This document shows positions 48,152 through 57,307 of a stretch of DNA of 64,000 nt, in pieces. The notes under the pieces are model-generated. The model had not been told where the DNA came from. It ran no database searches and saw nothing but the letters and a program-made list of their open reading frames with translations. The DNA lies in the IMG/VR virus record IMGVR_UViG_3300022690_000671, positions 15,948 through 79,947 of that record; one strand, written 5' to 3'. A program made the position numbers and the translations under genes. Position 1 is the first letter of the stretch; each line of letters begins with the position of its first letter. This DNA is from a virus.

Positions 48152-48153
48152 AT

Positions 48154-48312
48154 TTATGTGTTTCGTTTAGCAAAATAAAAAGCAGTTTTAAGTGACCAAC
48201 TTGGACTAAGCCAACCTAAAGAGAGAATGACTACAATACTTTCCAACAGGGCAACCCACGATGTAATCCATATATACCTTTTCGGTAGCCAGTCTTTATT
48301 CCAAATTTTCAT
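48154..48312 (-). CDS. Small membrane protein (52 aa, not in the ORF track)
   Basis: MKIWNKDWLPKRYIWITSWVALLESIVVILSLGW...; preceded by a duplicated leader. Confidence 0.5.
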   Translation of the reverse strand: MKIWNKDWLPKRYIWITSWVALLESIVVILSLGWLSPSWSLKTAFYFAKRNT

Positions 48313-48581
48313 AACGTTGATCTATTTAGACTAAACCCGATGTATAAAAAAACTCTGTCTAGAGTCTATAAAGCCAAATGTCGTCGCTAGTGAAACGATA
48401 GAGTCGTTTGCTCATTTCATTAAACATTTGAATTCGTTTTAATTTAGATTCTTGGCGCATTCTACGTCGAGCAATTATATGATGCACATACATTCCTATG
48501 TAAACGACAACGAAGAAGGAAACGATGACGATCCATTTCATAACGTTGATCCATTTAGGCTTAACCTTGTGTATAAAAAAA
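48307..48581. repeat. 46-bp imperfect direct repeat (48307-48352 and 48536-48581)
   Basis: 40/46 identical; each copy contains the ATG of a small - strand ORF. Confidence 0.85.
48359..48541 (-). CDS. Small membrane protein
   Basis: Start MKWIVIVSFFVVVYIG after the duplicated leader. Confidence 0.55.
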   Translation of the reverse strand: MKWIVIVSFFVVVYIGMYVHHIIARRRMRQESKLKRIQMFNEMSKRLYRFTSDDIWLYRL

Positions 48582-48977
48582 TGGCTGGACCTTCTTATTT
48601 CAACCCTCGAACCCCTGGTCGATCCTTCAGGGGACCTTCTCACCTTCGCTACTATTGCCGTTTCGCTAAGGGATGGGATTTACACGACCACGTTTAAATA
48701 TGAGCAAATCGCGTTTTAGATGATCCCAAGGTATTCCATCACCTTGATGATCACCCAAACGAAGAAACCTATTCCTACAAGGGACAACATCGCTGCAAAG
48801 GCAATATAGATGAGAACGCTCTTCCTGATTATCCGGTTAAAGTTCTTCATGATGTTGTGTTGGTTGTTTTTTGTTGTCGAAGAGGGGATAGAAGATTCAG
48901 CCTTATTTGTATATTCGGCTGCATCCCCCAGATGTTTATAAACATGAGAGGATGTGAAAACGCTTCTATCCGTGATG

Positions 48978-49050
48978 CTGAGGCACTAGGATTCGAACCT
49001 AGACTTAACAAGGTCAAAGCTTGTTGCACTGCCAATTATGCTATGCCTCA
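48978..49050 (-). tRNA. tRNA-Gln(UUG)
   Basis: TGAGGCA/TGCCTCA acceptor; ACAAG-CTTTGAC-CTTGT; TTCGAAT. Confidence 0.93.
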
Positions 49051-49146
49051 ATATAGGCAGATCGTGGGGAAAGTAATCTGTCTTCGTAGTCCCCACGATC
49101 TGCCGGGGGTCGGCAGGGCTCTACTAGAACCGACCAATTTAAATTA

Positions 49147-49172
49147 TACGAACAATTGTGAAGAATGTTTCA
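49147..49172 (-). promoter_or_regulatory. ECF-sigma-like promoter TGAAAC-N16-CGTA
   Basis: Same spacing at four intergenic sites. Confidence 0.6.
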
Positions 49173-49176
49173 TTAG

Positions 49177-49249
49177 AGCCTCGGGAGGGTCTCGAACCCC
49201 CAATCTTTTGATTACAAATCAAATGCCTTACCAATTCGGCCACCGAGGC
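49177..49249 (-). tRNA. tRNA-Thr(UGU)
   Basis: GCCTCGG/CCGAGGC acceptor; TTTGA-TTTGTAA-TCAAA. Confidence 0.93.
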
Positions 49250-49256
49250 ATATCTA

Positions 49257-49285
49257 AATATACGACTTGAACAATTAAACATCAA
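49257..49285 (-). promoter_or_regulatory. sigma70-like promoter TTGATG-N17-TATATT
   Basis: Directly upstream of tRNA-Thr. Confidence 0.6.
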
Positions 49286-49511
49286 CCTTTTCTATTTCTT
49301 TAATATCTATGGTATACGGATCTTTTTTATCAAGCAAAATAGGTATACCATTATAATGAATCGCTCCTTTTAGAGTCTCATCATATCCCCATTGATGCAT
49401 AACATAAAGTAGTTTATTATACATTTTTCGTCCTAAAGTTATTTCTACTTTGATGCCATGAGTTATATCTATAAGTTTAGTCAAGCATTCTATAATAGGA
49501 TAATCAATCAT
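49275..49511 (-). CDS. Hypothetical protein
   Basis: 78-aa ORF. Confidence 0.5.
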   Translation of the reverse strand: MIDYPIIECLTKLIDITHGIKVEITLGRKMYNKLLYVMHQWGYDETLKGAIHYNGIPILLDKKDPYTIDIKEIEKVDV

Positions 49512-50056
49512 ACTATTTCTCCTACTTTTTTATGTTTCTGTACGTAATTATCTGCGCAATGCATAGCGACGTAAGAAAGTGGTTTTGATTCAGCGGAAAC
49601 ACCTAGACCAGTACACCAACCAACATAGGTATGAATCAAATCCTTAACATCTGAGTTTTTCTTAAATGGATTATGTTCATGTTTCGGTAACTTTGTTTCT
49701 CCATTAAAGTCGAAACGAGCGATAATTTTATCTCGGTGTTCGGGAAGGGTTTCGATAAGTTCGATGACAATCTCCATCGTACGCTCTCCCTCGCCGTTAA
49801 GCTTCCTCTTAATCTCGCCGATTCGTTTTACGTTTTCTTTGTGAAGGATAACGTGAGCCCCCTTACCAACCCTATAAATAGCAACCACCGTTACATATGT
49901 AGTATGACGACCGCTGTTCTTCGAATCAGACGCAACATATAAAATGAAATCGTCAGTCGGATAGTGGCGTACCTCGTCGTCTTCGCGTTTCATCCATTTC
50001 CTGATGTACTCAGCCAGGTTGTCGACGGTTTGCCCCTGTACAGTCTGGAATTTCAT
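49508..50056 (-). CDS. RNase H-like YkuK family (DUF458) protein
   Basis: YVASDS.....TYVTV...YR.GKGA, KL..E..RT, G.....G.....KP.SY.A..CAD. Confidence 0.8.
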   Translation of the reverse strand: MKFQTVQGQTVDNLAEYIRKWMKREDDEVRHYPTDDFILYVASDSKNSGRHTTYVTVVAIYRVGKGAHVILHKENVKRIGEIKRKLNGEGERTMEIVIELIETLPEHRDKIIARFDFNGETKLPKHEHNPFKKNSDVKDLIHTYVGWCTGLGVSAESKPLSYVAMHCADNYVQKHKKVGEIV

Positions 50057-50076
50057 TAATCTTGGGTTCGTTCATG

Positions 50077-50430
50077 TTACTTGAGCATCGCTTCAAAGGT
50101 GATTAGTTGTAGCTTCCCGGTGAGTCGGCGATTCTTTTTTTGGGCGTCTTTTAACATCTTTTTCAATATTTTAAGCTCAAATTTCATTTCTAAACGCTGT
50201 TTTTTTAATTCTTGTCTCTTTATGTATTTGTAACGGATATCCTGTCTTTTACGAAAGTCAACTATAAATTTTCGTAATCCCCATTTTGCAAGGATCCAGA
50301 TCAGAACGGTACCGTATACGGCGATATCAATAAGGATATGTAACATCAGGAAAAGCCCTCCAGTTAAGATTGAAAATGAGTAGGTGGGTTCGTATATTTC
50401 TTCTACTCGACTACATATCAAATGTTTCAT
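50077..50430 (-). CDS. Membrane-anchored coiled-coil protein (start probably MLHIL)
   Basis: TM helix followed by a basic coiled coil. Confidence 0.5.
   Translation of the reverse strand: MKHLICSRVEEIYEPTYSFSILTGGLFLMLHILIDIAVYGTVLIWILAKWGLRKFIVDFRKRQDIRYKYIKRQELKKQRLEMKFELKILKKMLKDAQKKNRRLTGKLQLITFEAMLK
50370..50398 (+). promoter_or_regulatory. sigma70-like promoter TTGAAA-N17-TATATT
   Basis: Upstream of the only + strand gene in the right arm. Confidence 0.7.
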
Positions 50431-50793
50431 TCATACCGAATCAAAAAGGTGAATTTTTTAACAACTAAGAAAGTAACTATTTTACTACTGTCTAGCGTTA
50501 TTCCATTAACATCAGTTGGATTTCCCTTTATCTGGATGCAGATATCGTCGGACACTGTATTAGATAAGGCACTGGGACCACTTGGTGCTCTAGTAGTTGT
50601 TATTGCAGTTGCCTTTTTTCTGTATAAATATTTAATGAAACGAGAGAAAAAGCACGACGAGGAAACTGCTGAAAAGGATGAAGAAATTACTGCGCTTAGA
50701 AATGAGATGATCGAAGCGGCTAAGGAAGAGGCCGAGTTCTGGAAGAATAAGGCTGAGGCGCTTGAAGAAGAATTGAAGAAGGGAAAAGATTAG
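50422..50793 (+). CDS. Membrane protein with acidic coiled-coil tail (holin-like)
   Basis: Two hydrophobic segments; has its own promoter. Confidence 0.5.
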   Translation: MFHSYRIKKVNFLTTKKVTILLLSSVIPLTSVGFPFIWMQISSDTVLDKALGPLGALVVVIAVAFFLYKYLMKREKKHDEETAEKDEEITALRNEMIEAAKEEAEFWKNKAEALEEELKKGKD

Positions 50794-51011
50794 GATTCGA
50801 TCTCAGTTAAGTGTATAATAAGTGACGGTCTTCTTATCCAATAACGACGAACGTTTTCAATGGAGTATCCTGTTATTTCATAATAACGAGGTTGTTTACC
50901 GTACGCAAAATCTTGAATTAATGTACCGATAGGCGGAACTGATTTTCCCACCCACTGCCACGTTCCTGTCTTAACATGACACATAATCTTGTAGAAATCT
51001 TTCGTTTTCAT
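50790..51011 (-). CDS. Hypothetical protein
   Basis: 73-aa ORF. Confidence 0.45.
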   Translation of the reverse strand: MKTKDFYKIMCHVKTGTWQWVGKSVPPIGTLIQDFAYGKQPRYYEITGYSIENVRRYWIRRPSLIIHLTEIES

Positions 51012-51524
51012 TTTAACGTCTCTTGTTAGAAAAAATGGTGGGTTTCTTTGGGGTTGCGCTACATTCTAACATACGTTTCGCCCCTCAAACGTCTCAGGGC
51101 TCTCAAAACATACTCTTCCTCATAAAGCCTCGGTCCTAGTCCTATTTGATCGCAAGAATCAAATTGTCCTGAGAGGTTCAGAGAGGACAATAAACAAGAG
51201 TCGCAGATTTCATAATCACTGGGTATATGGCTTGTGCAACAATGTTGACATTTCGTATACCACACTTCACTCTTATCAAACTTGCGCTCAACCATTTTTA
51301 TATTCTCTTTGCGATGGTTTTCCAGTAGTGAAACTTTTTTCTTAAGATGGGAGCCATGTATTTTATCTTTCCATTTTGCACAAGGAATCCAGCGCATAGG
51401 TAGCGAGTTGTGACGCGGTAGAGTCCGTCTTTCATCTAAACGAAAGTTTTGTGGATATGTCAGATAACATTTAGTATTCGGTGGATCATGAGGGAATAAA
51501 TATATGTAAGACCTTAACTCAATT

Positions 51525-51800
51525 TTATCTGGATCTTAATGGCCATTTGATCATCGGGGTTAATCTTTTCCCTATGTTTATATATTCTTGGAAAGTGGGA
51601 AAATCCTTTTTAGCATCTTTGAACTCACCATGCGGCGGCCCGTCTACCAAGTTTCCCTCGCCTTCGCCATATTCGTCTTCGGGTTGATAACCAGATAGAA
51701 CACAATCAACCGAAGATCTAACACCCGAGTCCCAATACACCCAGACCATTGCATCATCCGGTACGTTGGTTAGAATATAACGTAGTTGTTTGGCAGTCAT
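51525..51800 (-). CDS. Hypothetical protein
   Basis: MTAKQL..IL.NVPDDA.V is a common phage small-protein N-terminus. Confidence 0.55.
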   Translation of the reverse strand: MTAKQLRYILTNVPDDAMVWVYWDSGVRSSVDCVLSGYQPEDEYGEGEGNLVDGPPHGEFKDAKKDFPTFQEYINIGKRLTPMIKWPLRSR

Positions 51801-51904
51801 AAGGCAAAGTCAGTTATGTGGTAATATAGATAACGGCGAGATTCTTTCTTATGTGTGAATCTCGCCGTTATCCTGTCCGAAGTGGTCGATCATACTTGAT
51901 CTTA

Positions 51905-51930
51905 TACGAAGATGAGATCAATTAGTTGCG
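51905..51930 (-). promoter_or_regulatory. ECF-sigma-like promoter CGCAAC-N16-CGTA
   Basis: Same spacing as the other three sites. Confidence 0.5.
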
Positions 51931-51931
51931 T

Positions 51932-52393
51932 TTAGTACACACCGTCTACAGGTTCGGCGGTCTTCCAGTAAAACACAGTTAGGGTTCCTACAATACCTGT
52001 AGAATCGGCTGACGCTGTAGCCGCTACAAAACCATTGGCCGCAACACTCTGAACCAGTACACCATTTGTACCAGTGCCGGAAAGTTCTGTAATGGCCGCC
52101 GTACCGATGTCAGTGCCGTCATGGAGCGTATCGTCGTCCGTAGCAGCAACGGTCCCGACACCAATATCTGCCGTCGCCGCACCTGTAGTCGGAGTCGTAA
52201 CGTTCAAAATGGTATAAACAGTTACCGCTACGTCATAGGGATTTTCCCACGAAGCCAATCCACCATTAGCTGGGGATGCTTCTACTACAAGCGCTATTCG
52301 CTCAACTTTTGCGAGTGAATCGATATCCGTTAGGAGTCGGCGTAGATTACCTGGGATGTACTTGTCTAATTCAGCAATAAGAAATTGAGACAT
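51932..52393 (-). CDS. Putative virion decoration/cement-like protein
   Basis: A/T/G-rich beta protein (LNVTTPTTGAATADIG...G.LTVFY). Confidence 0.5.
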   Translation of the reverse strand: MSQFLIAELDKYIPGNLRRLLTDIDSLAKVERIALVVEASPANGGLASWENPYDVAVTVYTILNVTTPTTGAATADIGVGTVAATDDDTLHDGTDIGTAAITELSGTGTNGVLVQSVAANGFVAATASADSTGIVGTLTVFYWKTAEPVDGVY

Positions 52394-52465
52394 AATTCTT
52401 TTACCTTTATTTTAAGGATGCGGAATGTGATAATGGACTAGCGTCCACTACCCGCGTGAGTCCTT

Positions 52466-52494
52466 AATATACGAAGGTAAAAGAATAGAATCAA
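52466..52494 (-). promoter_or_regulatory. sigma70-like promoter TTGATT-N17-TATATT
   Basis: Upstream of 51932..52393 and its structured leader. Confidence 0.6.
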
Positions 52495-52501
52495 TTGGAC
52501 G

Positions 52502-52579
52502 TGGTATCGGCTACGAGAATCGAACTCGTGTTTTCAGCTTGAAGGGCTGATGTCCTAGACCTGACTAGACGAAACCGAC
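52502..52579 (-). tRNA. tRNA-Glu(UUC) with atypical C33
   Basis: Glu-type D arm TCGTCTAG..GG..AGGAC; TCAGC-CCTTCAA-GCTGA; encoded CCA. Confidence 0.85.
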
Positions 52580-52612
52580 ACGTATTGTTTAACTGAAAGG
52601 CTTCCCATGTAG

Positions 52613-52683
52613 AAGTAACGGTGGGAATCAAACCCACATAAGAAGATTTGCAGTCCTCCGCCTAGTCACTCGGCCACGTTACC
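52613..52683 (-). tRNA. tRNA-Cys(GCA)
   Basis: GGTAACG/CGTTACT acceptor; GAGGA-CTGCAAA-TCTTC; U73. Confidence 0.88.
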
Positions 52684-52689
52684 TTGATA

Positions 52690-52760
52690 TCAGGGTAAAA
52701 AGAATCGAACTTTTTCCTTCGGCTTCCAAAACCGATACGCTACCATTACACCATACCCTG
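52690..52760 (-). tRNA. tRNA-Pro(UGG)
   Basis: CAGGGTA/TACCCTG acceptor; TCGGT-TTTGGAA-GCCGA. Confidence 0.9.
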
Positions 52761-52763
52761 ATG

Positions 52764-52958
52764 TTACTTTCTGTGTCGCAAATGGTAGATCCAACGACCA
52801 ATAGCCGCTGCTACAATTAAAGCACTTAGGCCCCAAACTGCAATAGAGGTAGCAATACCTTGATTGTTGTCTGTAGCGTAGTCAACAATTATAACCGCGA
52901 CAGTTAAGATCAGTGCTATTGCGCCTAGAACGAACGGGTTTTTAAGAAGTTTTAACAT
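52764..52958 (-). CDS. Small two-TM membrane protein
   Basis: 64 aa, two hydrophobic helices, between tRNAs. Confidence 0.6.
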   Translation of the reverse strand: MLKLLKNPFVLGAIALILTVAVIIVDYATDNNQGIATSIAVWGLSALIVAAAIGRWIYHLRHRK

Positions 52959-52981
52959 AATATTGTGTTTTTTTTGATTAG

Positions 52982-53056
52982 TACCTCCGGTAGGACTTGA
53001 ACCTACAACTCCCTGATTAAAAGTCAGGTACTCTAGCCTATTTGAGTTACGGAGGC
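52982..53056 (-). tRNA. tRNA-Lys(UUU)
   Basis: GCCTCCG/CGGAGGT acceptor; CCTGA-CTTTTAA-TCAGG. Confidence 0.93.
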
Positions 53057-53076
53057 ACTTGACGTTTTAGCCTTTG

Positions 53077-53149
53077 AACCCCCGGAGAGAATTAAACTCT
53101 CGACCTATTTGTTAGAAGCAAATTGCTCTGTTCACTGAGCTACAGGGGC
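53077..53149 (-). tRNA. tRNA-Arg(UCU)
   Basis: GCCCCTG/CGGGGGT acceptor; ATTTG-CTTCTAA-CAAAT. Confidence 0.88.
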
Positions 53150-53164
53150 ATTAGATTTACAATA

Positions 53165-53190
53165 TACGAAAACTTTAGATAAAAGTTTCA
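53165..53190 (-). promoter_or_regulatory. ECF-sigma-like promoter TGAAAC-N16-CGTA
   Basis: Immediately upstream of the tRNA-Arg/Lys/Pro/Cys/Glu run. Confidence 0.65.
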
Positions 53191-53862
53191 TAGAGATCTG
53201 TACGTTGTTCCATCTGAATGGATAATAATTTTTTGACCGCCAGTAAGTGTAGTGGCCGATCCGTCAATTGAAAAATTGAATGAGGTTGTATGTGCTAAGG
53301 CGTCGATACGTTTGATCGTCAAAACTCTACCCTTGTTTGTGGCTGGGTTCTGCAACAACAGTGTCAGGTTTCCGTCCTGGTCCAGGTATATGATACGATC
53401 CGCATCGTTGACTGTAACGTTAGATGATCCTCCTGTCAGACGAAAAGATTTTTCTTCTCTGGATGCAATAATACAGAGAAGTTCTTTGATAATACGTCTG
53501 AAGTCTAATTTTTTGAGACCAATACTTTCAGGCGAATCAAGCGCTTTTCTAATATCGATAAGAGACAGTTTATTAGGAGTATCTGCTTCGCCGCAACGAA
53601 AAACTTCGTCTCTAAATAGAATATTATCGGACGCATCTCCTTGTTTTAATCCCTCGGATAAACTTCGGAGAAAGTCGATAACTGAGTTAGTTGTATCGCC
53701 CTGTTTTATTCCATCTGTCGCACTAAGAATGAAATCAATGATTGAAGCATCAGCGTCTCCAGCGGCTAAACCTTCACTTAAACTTGTAACGAAGTCAATG
53801 GTAGAAGCATTAGTTTCGCCTCCTACGATACCTTCGGTAACTGAATTATTAAATGCGGTCAT
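53188..53862 (-). CDS. Putative virion fibre-like protein (paralogue of 55988..56575)
   Basis: MTAFNNSVTEGIVG start; ~20-aa repeats S.IDF..S..EG...GD; C-terminal G....IKRID....IDG.....IHSDG. Confidence 0.6.
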   Translation of the reverse strand: MTAFNNSVTEGIVGGETNASTIDFVTSLSEGLAAGDADASIIDFILSATDGIKQGDTTNSVIDFLRSLSEGLKQGDASDNILFRDEVFRCGEADTPNKLSLIDIRKALDSPESIGLKKLDFRRIIKELLCIIASREEKSFRLTGGSSNVTVNDADRIIYLDQDGNLTLLLQNPATNKGRVLTIKRIDALAHTTSFNFSIDGSATTLTGGQKIIIHSDGTTYRSL

Positions 53863-53997
53863 TTAATAAATGATAATAGAGGGGGGCAATGAAGAAGATA
53901 GTGGGTGTTGTAATATATGAAATGTATACATAAGAAAAAAATCAATTAGATAAGATCTTTTTTCCCACCTTGGACCGCCCACCAGTCCGCGATTATT

Positions 53998-55227
53998 CTA
54001 AACTATATCTCTCCACTGTATACCACCTACCATAGCCATATTGTTCGCCGATGGTCTAACGGCTAAATATAGTTCGTCTCTAGTTCCATCTATTAGAGAA
54101 CCCAAAAGTAATGTTTCATTAAACAAATCTTGATTTACAAAATCTACATTTGCGTTTATATATCCCCCAGCAAGGACAGTTCCTCCTGTTAGTGTTGAAT
54201 TGGACGAATTCCCTGCATTTCCAACTGCAAATTCTACAGAAGTATTATCTATTCCATTAAAAGTAACCGCATTGGCAACAACGGGATTCATAATTAGAAG
54301 CCACTCAAAATTAGAACCTGGAGGAGCAACGTTAACTTCATTTAGACTTATCAATACTGGTTTAATTGTTGAGTCCAGGGCTGTTGTTTTCAGTCTAAGG
54401 GCACAAATAGTATAGATAGTCCCTGAAACATTTGCGTTGATAGATGAGATTCCTGTTGAAGCGTAGCGTAACGATCCATCGTTTTGTCTACCTCCTTCTG
54501 AAATAACGGTTGCGCAGATGTGTTTGACCGATGCAGAAGGCCCTGTACCATCGTTTGAAATTTCATATCGTAGTGGAAGATTAGGTGTTGATAAATAGAC
54601 AACGTCTTCAGTATTAACGTGATCAACTTCGTGAATATATAGAATTAATCCGTTAATAAAAAAACCAAACCTGACTCTTCCTGAACCACACTCGTAATCG
54701 ATTATAAAATTTTGAAGTTTGTTAAAGTCTAATATTACTCGGCTGTCTCCCGAATCGTCTAGTTGATTAATTACCCAATCAGATCGAGCAATAGCTGTAT
54801 CTACAGGAGATCCCGATGTAGAACTTCGAACAACAACTTTAATGCTTACACCGTCATCTTCGAAGAAAAATCCGTTGTTCTCATCGAAAGCTCCTATGCG
54901 TCTAGTTATACCGGGCGTACTTACTCCTAATATACCTGACATCAAAATCAATTGTGATTTGCCAGGTAAACCATTGAAATGTCTTTTTGTTTGTCTTACT
55001 CTAGTTCCAGCAGTTGTTGCGGAAACGGAAATGGTTGTTTCAGATCTATTTGGATTGTGAAACGAAGCCGTTCCAGAGCCCGAAACTTCCTGATCGTCCC
55101 AGAAAAGAGGTAGATTATCATGGATTTGTTTATTTGCCATGATGGTATACTCATTAGATACTCTGAGTCTACCAAAGGCATTGACAACTTGATTATCAGA
55201 AGGGGTTATGGTTACAGTACGTGGCAT
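53998..55227 (-). CDS. Putative virion structural protein (lectin-like beta fold)
   Basis: NAFGRLRVS, RQTK..F...PGKSQ, RIG.FD..NG.FFE, G.VRFGF, TPNLPLRYEI..C.TVISEGG; a pattern recognised from aquatic phages. Confidence 0.6.
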   Translation of the reverse strand: MPRTVTITPSDNQVVNAFGRLRVSNEYTIMANKQIHDNLPLFWDDQEVSGSGTASFHNPNRSETTISVSATTAGTRVRQTKRHFNGLPGKSQLILMSGILGVSTPGITRRIGAFDENNGFFFEDDGVSIKVVVRSSTSGSPVDTAIARSDWVINQLDDSGDSRVILDFNKLQNFIIDYECGSGRVRFGFFINGLILYIHEVDHVNTEDVVYLSTPNLPLRYEISNDGTGPSASVKHICATVISEGGRQNDGSLRYASTGISSINANVSGTIYTICALRLKTTALDSTIKPVLISLNEVNVAPPGSNFEWLLIMNPVVANAVTFNGIDNTSVEFAVGNAGNSSNSTLTGGTVLAGGYINANVDFVNQDLFNETLLLGSLIDGTRDELYLAVRPSANNMAMVGGIQWRDIV

Positions 55228-55991
55228 TATTCGTCGTAGAGAAGAAGACTATATATGATGGCAGCTATGGTGGCATTTGTTGTTGTGGACGCAGTTGATC
55301 GTACATCTGATTTAGCCGGTAGAAGTGTCGAGATGTTTTGAGTTATTTCAATAACATCGGATACTGCTGCGTCTAAGAATACACTAAATAAATCTAACCA
55401 GGGACCGTTTTGGAGCCGCAAGAGAAGTTTAAACTCTACTACAGGAACTTGACCTCCGCTTAATTTATGCGTGAAGAATGATGCTCCTAAGACAAAACCT
55501 ATTTTTTTATTAGGTATTGTAAAGTGACTATTCTTTGTTATAGAATCCCCGGCCTTTATTACACTCTGAAGTTTTGATGAGATTGTAGAGGTAAATGTAA
55601 TATCTCCATCGTTTGTTTCAAGGCTCCCCGCAGTTAAAAGAATTGCTTTTTGTAAACGTAGACACGTTTTGGTGGTTGTAACTGGTGTTGTTCCATTAAG
55701 ACTGACGATTTCAGTAATTACATCGTAGTTAACATCAAGCATCTCCAGCAATACCGTCCTAGCGCCCGTACCGGAAGGATCTGAATCGTTTACTGATGTA
55801 GAAACAATATCCAAAGTTTCTGCGGTTGTCAAGTAGTCTAGTAAACCACCGCCTCCCCAAATGTCTTCTGTTGCAGCGGCAGATACATCGATATTTTGGC
55901 CTGAAACTATGAAGGTGTCTATTTCTTCATAGAAATTTCTGGACGCGTCTATAAAAAAATCAGTTGGATTTATTCTTCGAAGTAAGGTCAT
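55227..55991 (-). CDS. Putative virion structural protein
   Basis: G.N.DV....EDIW.GGG, STS.ND...GTGARTV....LD.NY...E.V.LNGT.PV.T; a phage-family pattern. Confidence 0.6.
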   Translation of the reverse strand: MTLLRRINPTDFFIDASRNFYEEIDTFIVSGQNIDVSAAATEDIWGGGGLLDYLTTAETLDIVSTSVNDSDPSGTGARTVLLEMLDVNYDVITEIVSLNGTTPVTTTKTCLRLQKAILLTAGSLETNDGDITFTSTISSKLQSVIKAGDSITKNSHFTIPNKKIGFVLGASFFTHKLSGGQVPVVEFKLLLRLQNGPWLDLFSVFLDAAVSDVIEITQNISTLLPAKSDVRSTASTTTNATIAAIIYSLLLYDE

Positions 55992-56575
55992 AATGCACTA
56001 TACTTAAGTCCATCCGAATGAATAGTAAAACACTCTTCACCAAATAATTCCTGAGTTTCGCCGTCTATGGGCAAATTAAATGTCGTTTTGTTGTTGGTCG
56101 TGTCGATTCGTTTTATATTAAATATTTGACCAACGGATTCGCCTGGCGTTAAAAGTGCAACCGTAGTGTCTCCAAGAGATCCGTCAACATAGACAATGGA
56201 ATCTAAAGGCGTGACTATTACATTCCCAGGAACAATAGGAGGTGGGGTAAATGCAGCTTCAGTGACCAGGTCTAACTTTAGAATTTCTTCGACAACACGT
56301 TTATCGCTTAGTCGTCGAAGTCTTTGAGACTCGGGTCTTTGTACTGCCTTAAGGAGTGTAGTACGAGTAAATTCCTTAAGAAAGAAATCTATTATTGTCT
56401 CTACCGTATCTCCCTGTTTAAACCCCTCTGCTACATTTCTAGGAAAATTAATTATCGATGCATCAATATCCCCAGCATCTAAACCATCAATTAAACTTCT
56501 AAGAAAGTCAATAATAGAAGCATCGGAGTCGCTACCTACTATACCTTCGGTAACTGAATTATTAAACGCCGTCAT
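55988..56575 (-). CDS. Putative virion fibre-like protein (paralogue of 53188..53862)
   Basis: Same N-terminus and ~20-aa repeats. Confidence 0.6.
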   Translation of the reverse strand: MTAFNNSVTEGIVGSDSDASIIDFLRSLIDGLDAGDIDASIINFPRNVAEGFKQGDTVETIIDFFLKEFTRTTLLKAVQRPESQRLRRLSDKRVVEEILKLDLVTEAAFTPPPIVPGNVIVTPLDSIVYVDGSLGDTTVALLTPGESVGQIFNIKRIDTTNNKTTFNLPIDGETQELFGEECFTIHSDGLKYSAL

Positions 56576-57068
56576 CTGCTGCTGTAGATGTGTAGGTAAC
56601 GTTAATAGTGTCGAGATTGATAACGGCCCTATCTCCCTCAGTAAACGCAGCTACGCTAATAAGGATATCCGTCGTGCCGCCCTTCGTGTTGCTGGTGGTC
56701 ACGAATACGCCACCTATGGTGGTCGTAGCGTTCATGGTGAAAATAGCCTTAGACGCACTGTTGTCGACGCTCTGGGACGACACAGTACCCAAAGTAAGTG
56801 TTTGTCGAACGGATTCAGAATAGTTCTCATCTTCAACCCAGCCGCCATGAGATGACATGGTGTCTGCTGCGGCAACAGTAGGGGAAGAGTCTGTTAGTCC
56901 TACAAAATGAGATGCCGTATACGCTGATCCTTTCCAAAATTTATCAAGAATCTCATCGAGTCCAACGTTGGTAACTATGTTGTCAATCTTTTCTCGCCAA
57001 CGAAGACTACCATCGGGCCTAAAACATTCTACAACGAACGCCCCCTCAAAACCAATTTTCTGATCCAT
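56562..57068 (-). CDS. Putative tail fibre/baseplate-type structural protein
   Basis: W.E...N.VTN.G...LD......Y.....VGL......AAADTM.SH.GW.E...Y....R.T. Confidence 0.65.
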   Translation of the reverse strand: MDQKIGFEGAFVVECFRPDGSLRWREKIDNIVTNVGLDEILDKFWKGSAYTASHFVGLTDSSPTVAAADTMSSHGGWVEDENYSESVRQTLTLGTVSSQSVDNSASKAIFTMNATTTIGGVFVTTSNTKGGTTDILISVAAFTEGDRAVINLDTINVTYTSTAADDGV

Positions 57069-57233
57069 AGTCTTATTGTATCTTTTTTTTTATGTTAATT
57101 GAATTACATTTATAATATAAGACCTTGTATATCCAAAAGCTATTGGACTAAGGTCCAATACTCGTAACTAAACTGTTACATTTTTATTACTTCTACTAAC
57201 ATCTAGTTTATCGCCCTACTGACGCTGTTATAG

Positions 57234-57307
57234 TGGACCTGGTCGGATACGAGCCGACAACCTCAACCTTGCAAAAGTCGCGCTCTGCCTATTGGAGCTA
57301 CAAGCCC
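57234..57307 (-). tRNA. tRNA-Ala(UGC)
   Basis: GGGCTTG/CAGGTCC acceptor with G3:U70; CGACT-TTTGCAA-GGTTG; atypical T loop CTCGTAT. Confidence 0.88.

Noticed and set aside
52502-52579. Opal suppressor/Sec tRNA (loop contains TCA) and genome recoding
   Set aside because: The 7-nt loop centres on TTC, the body is Glu-type, and TGA/TAG end many tightly packed genes under code 11.
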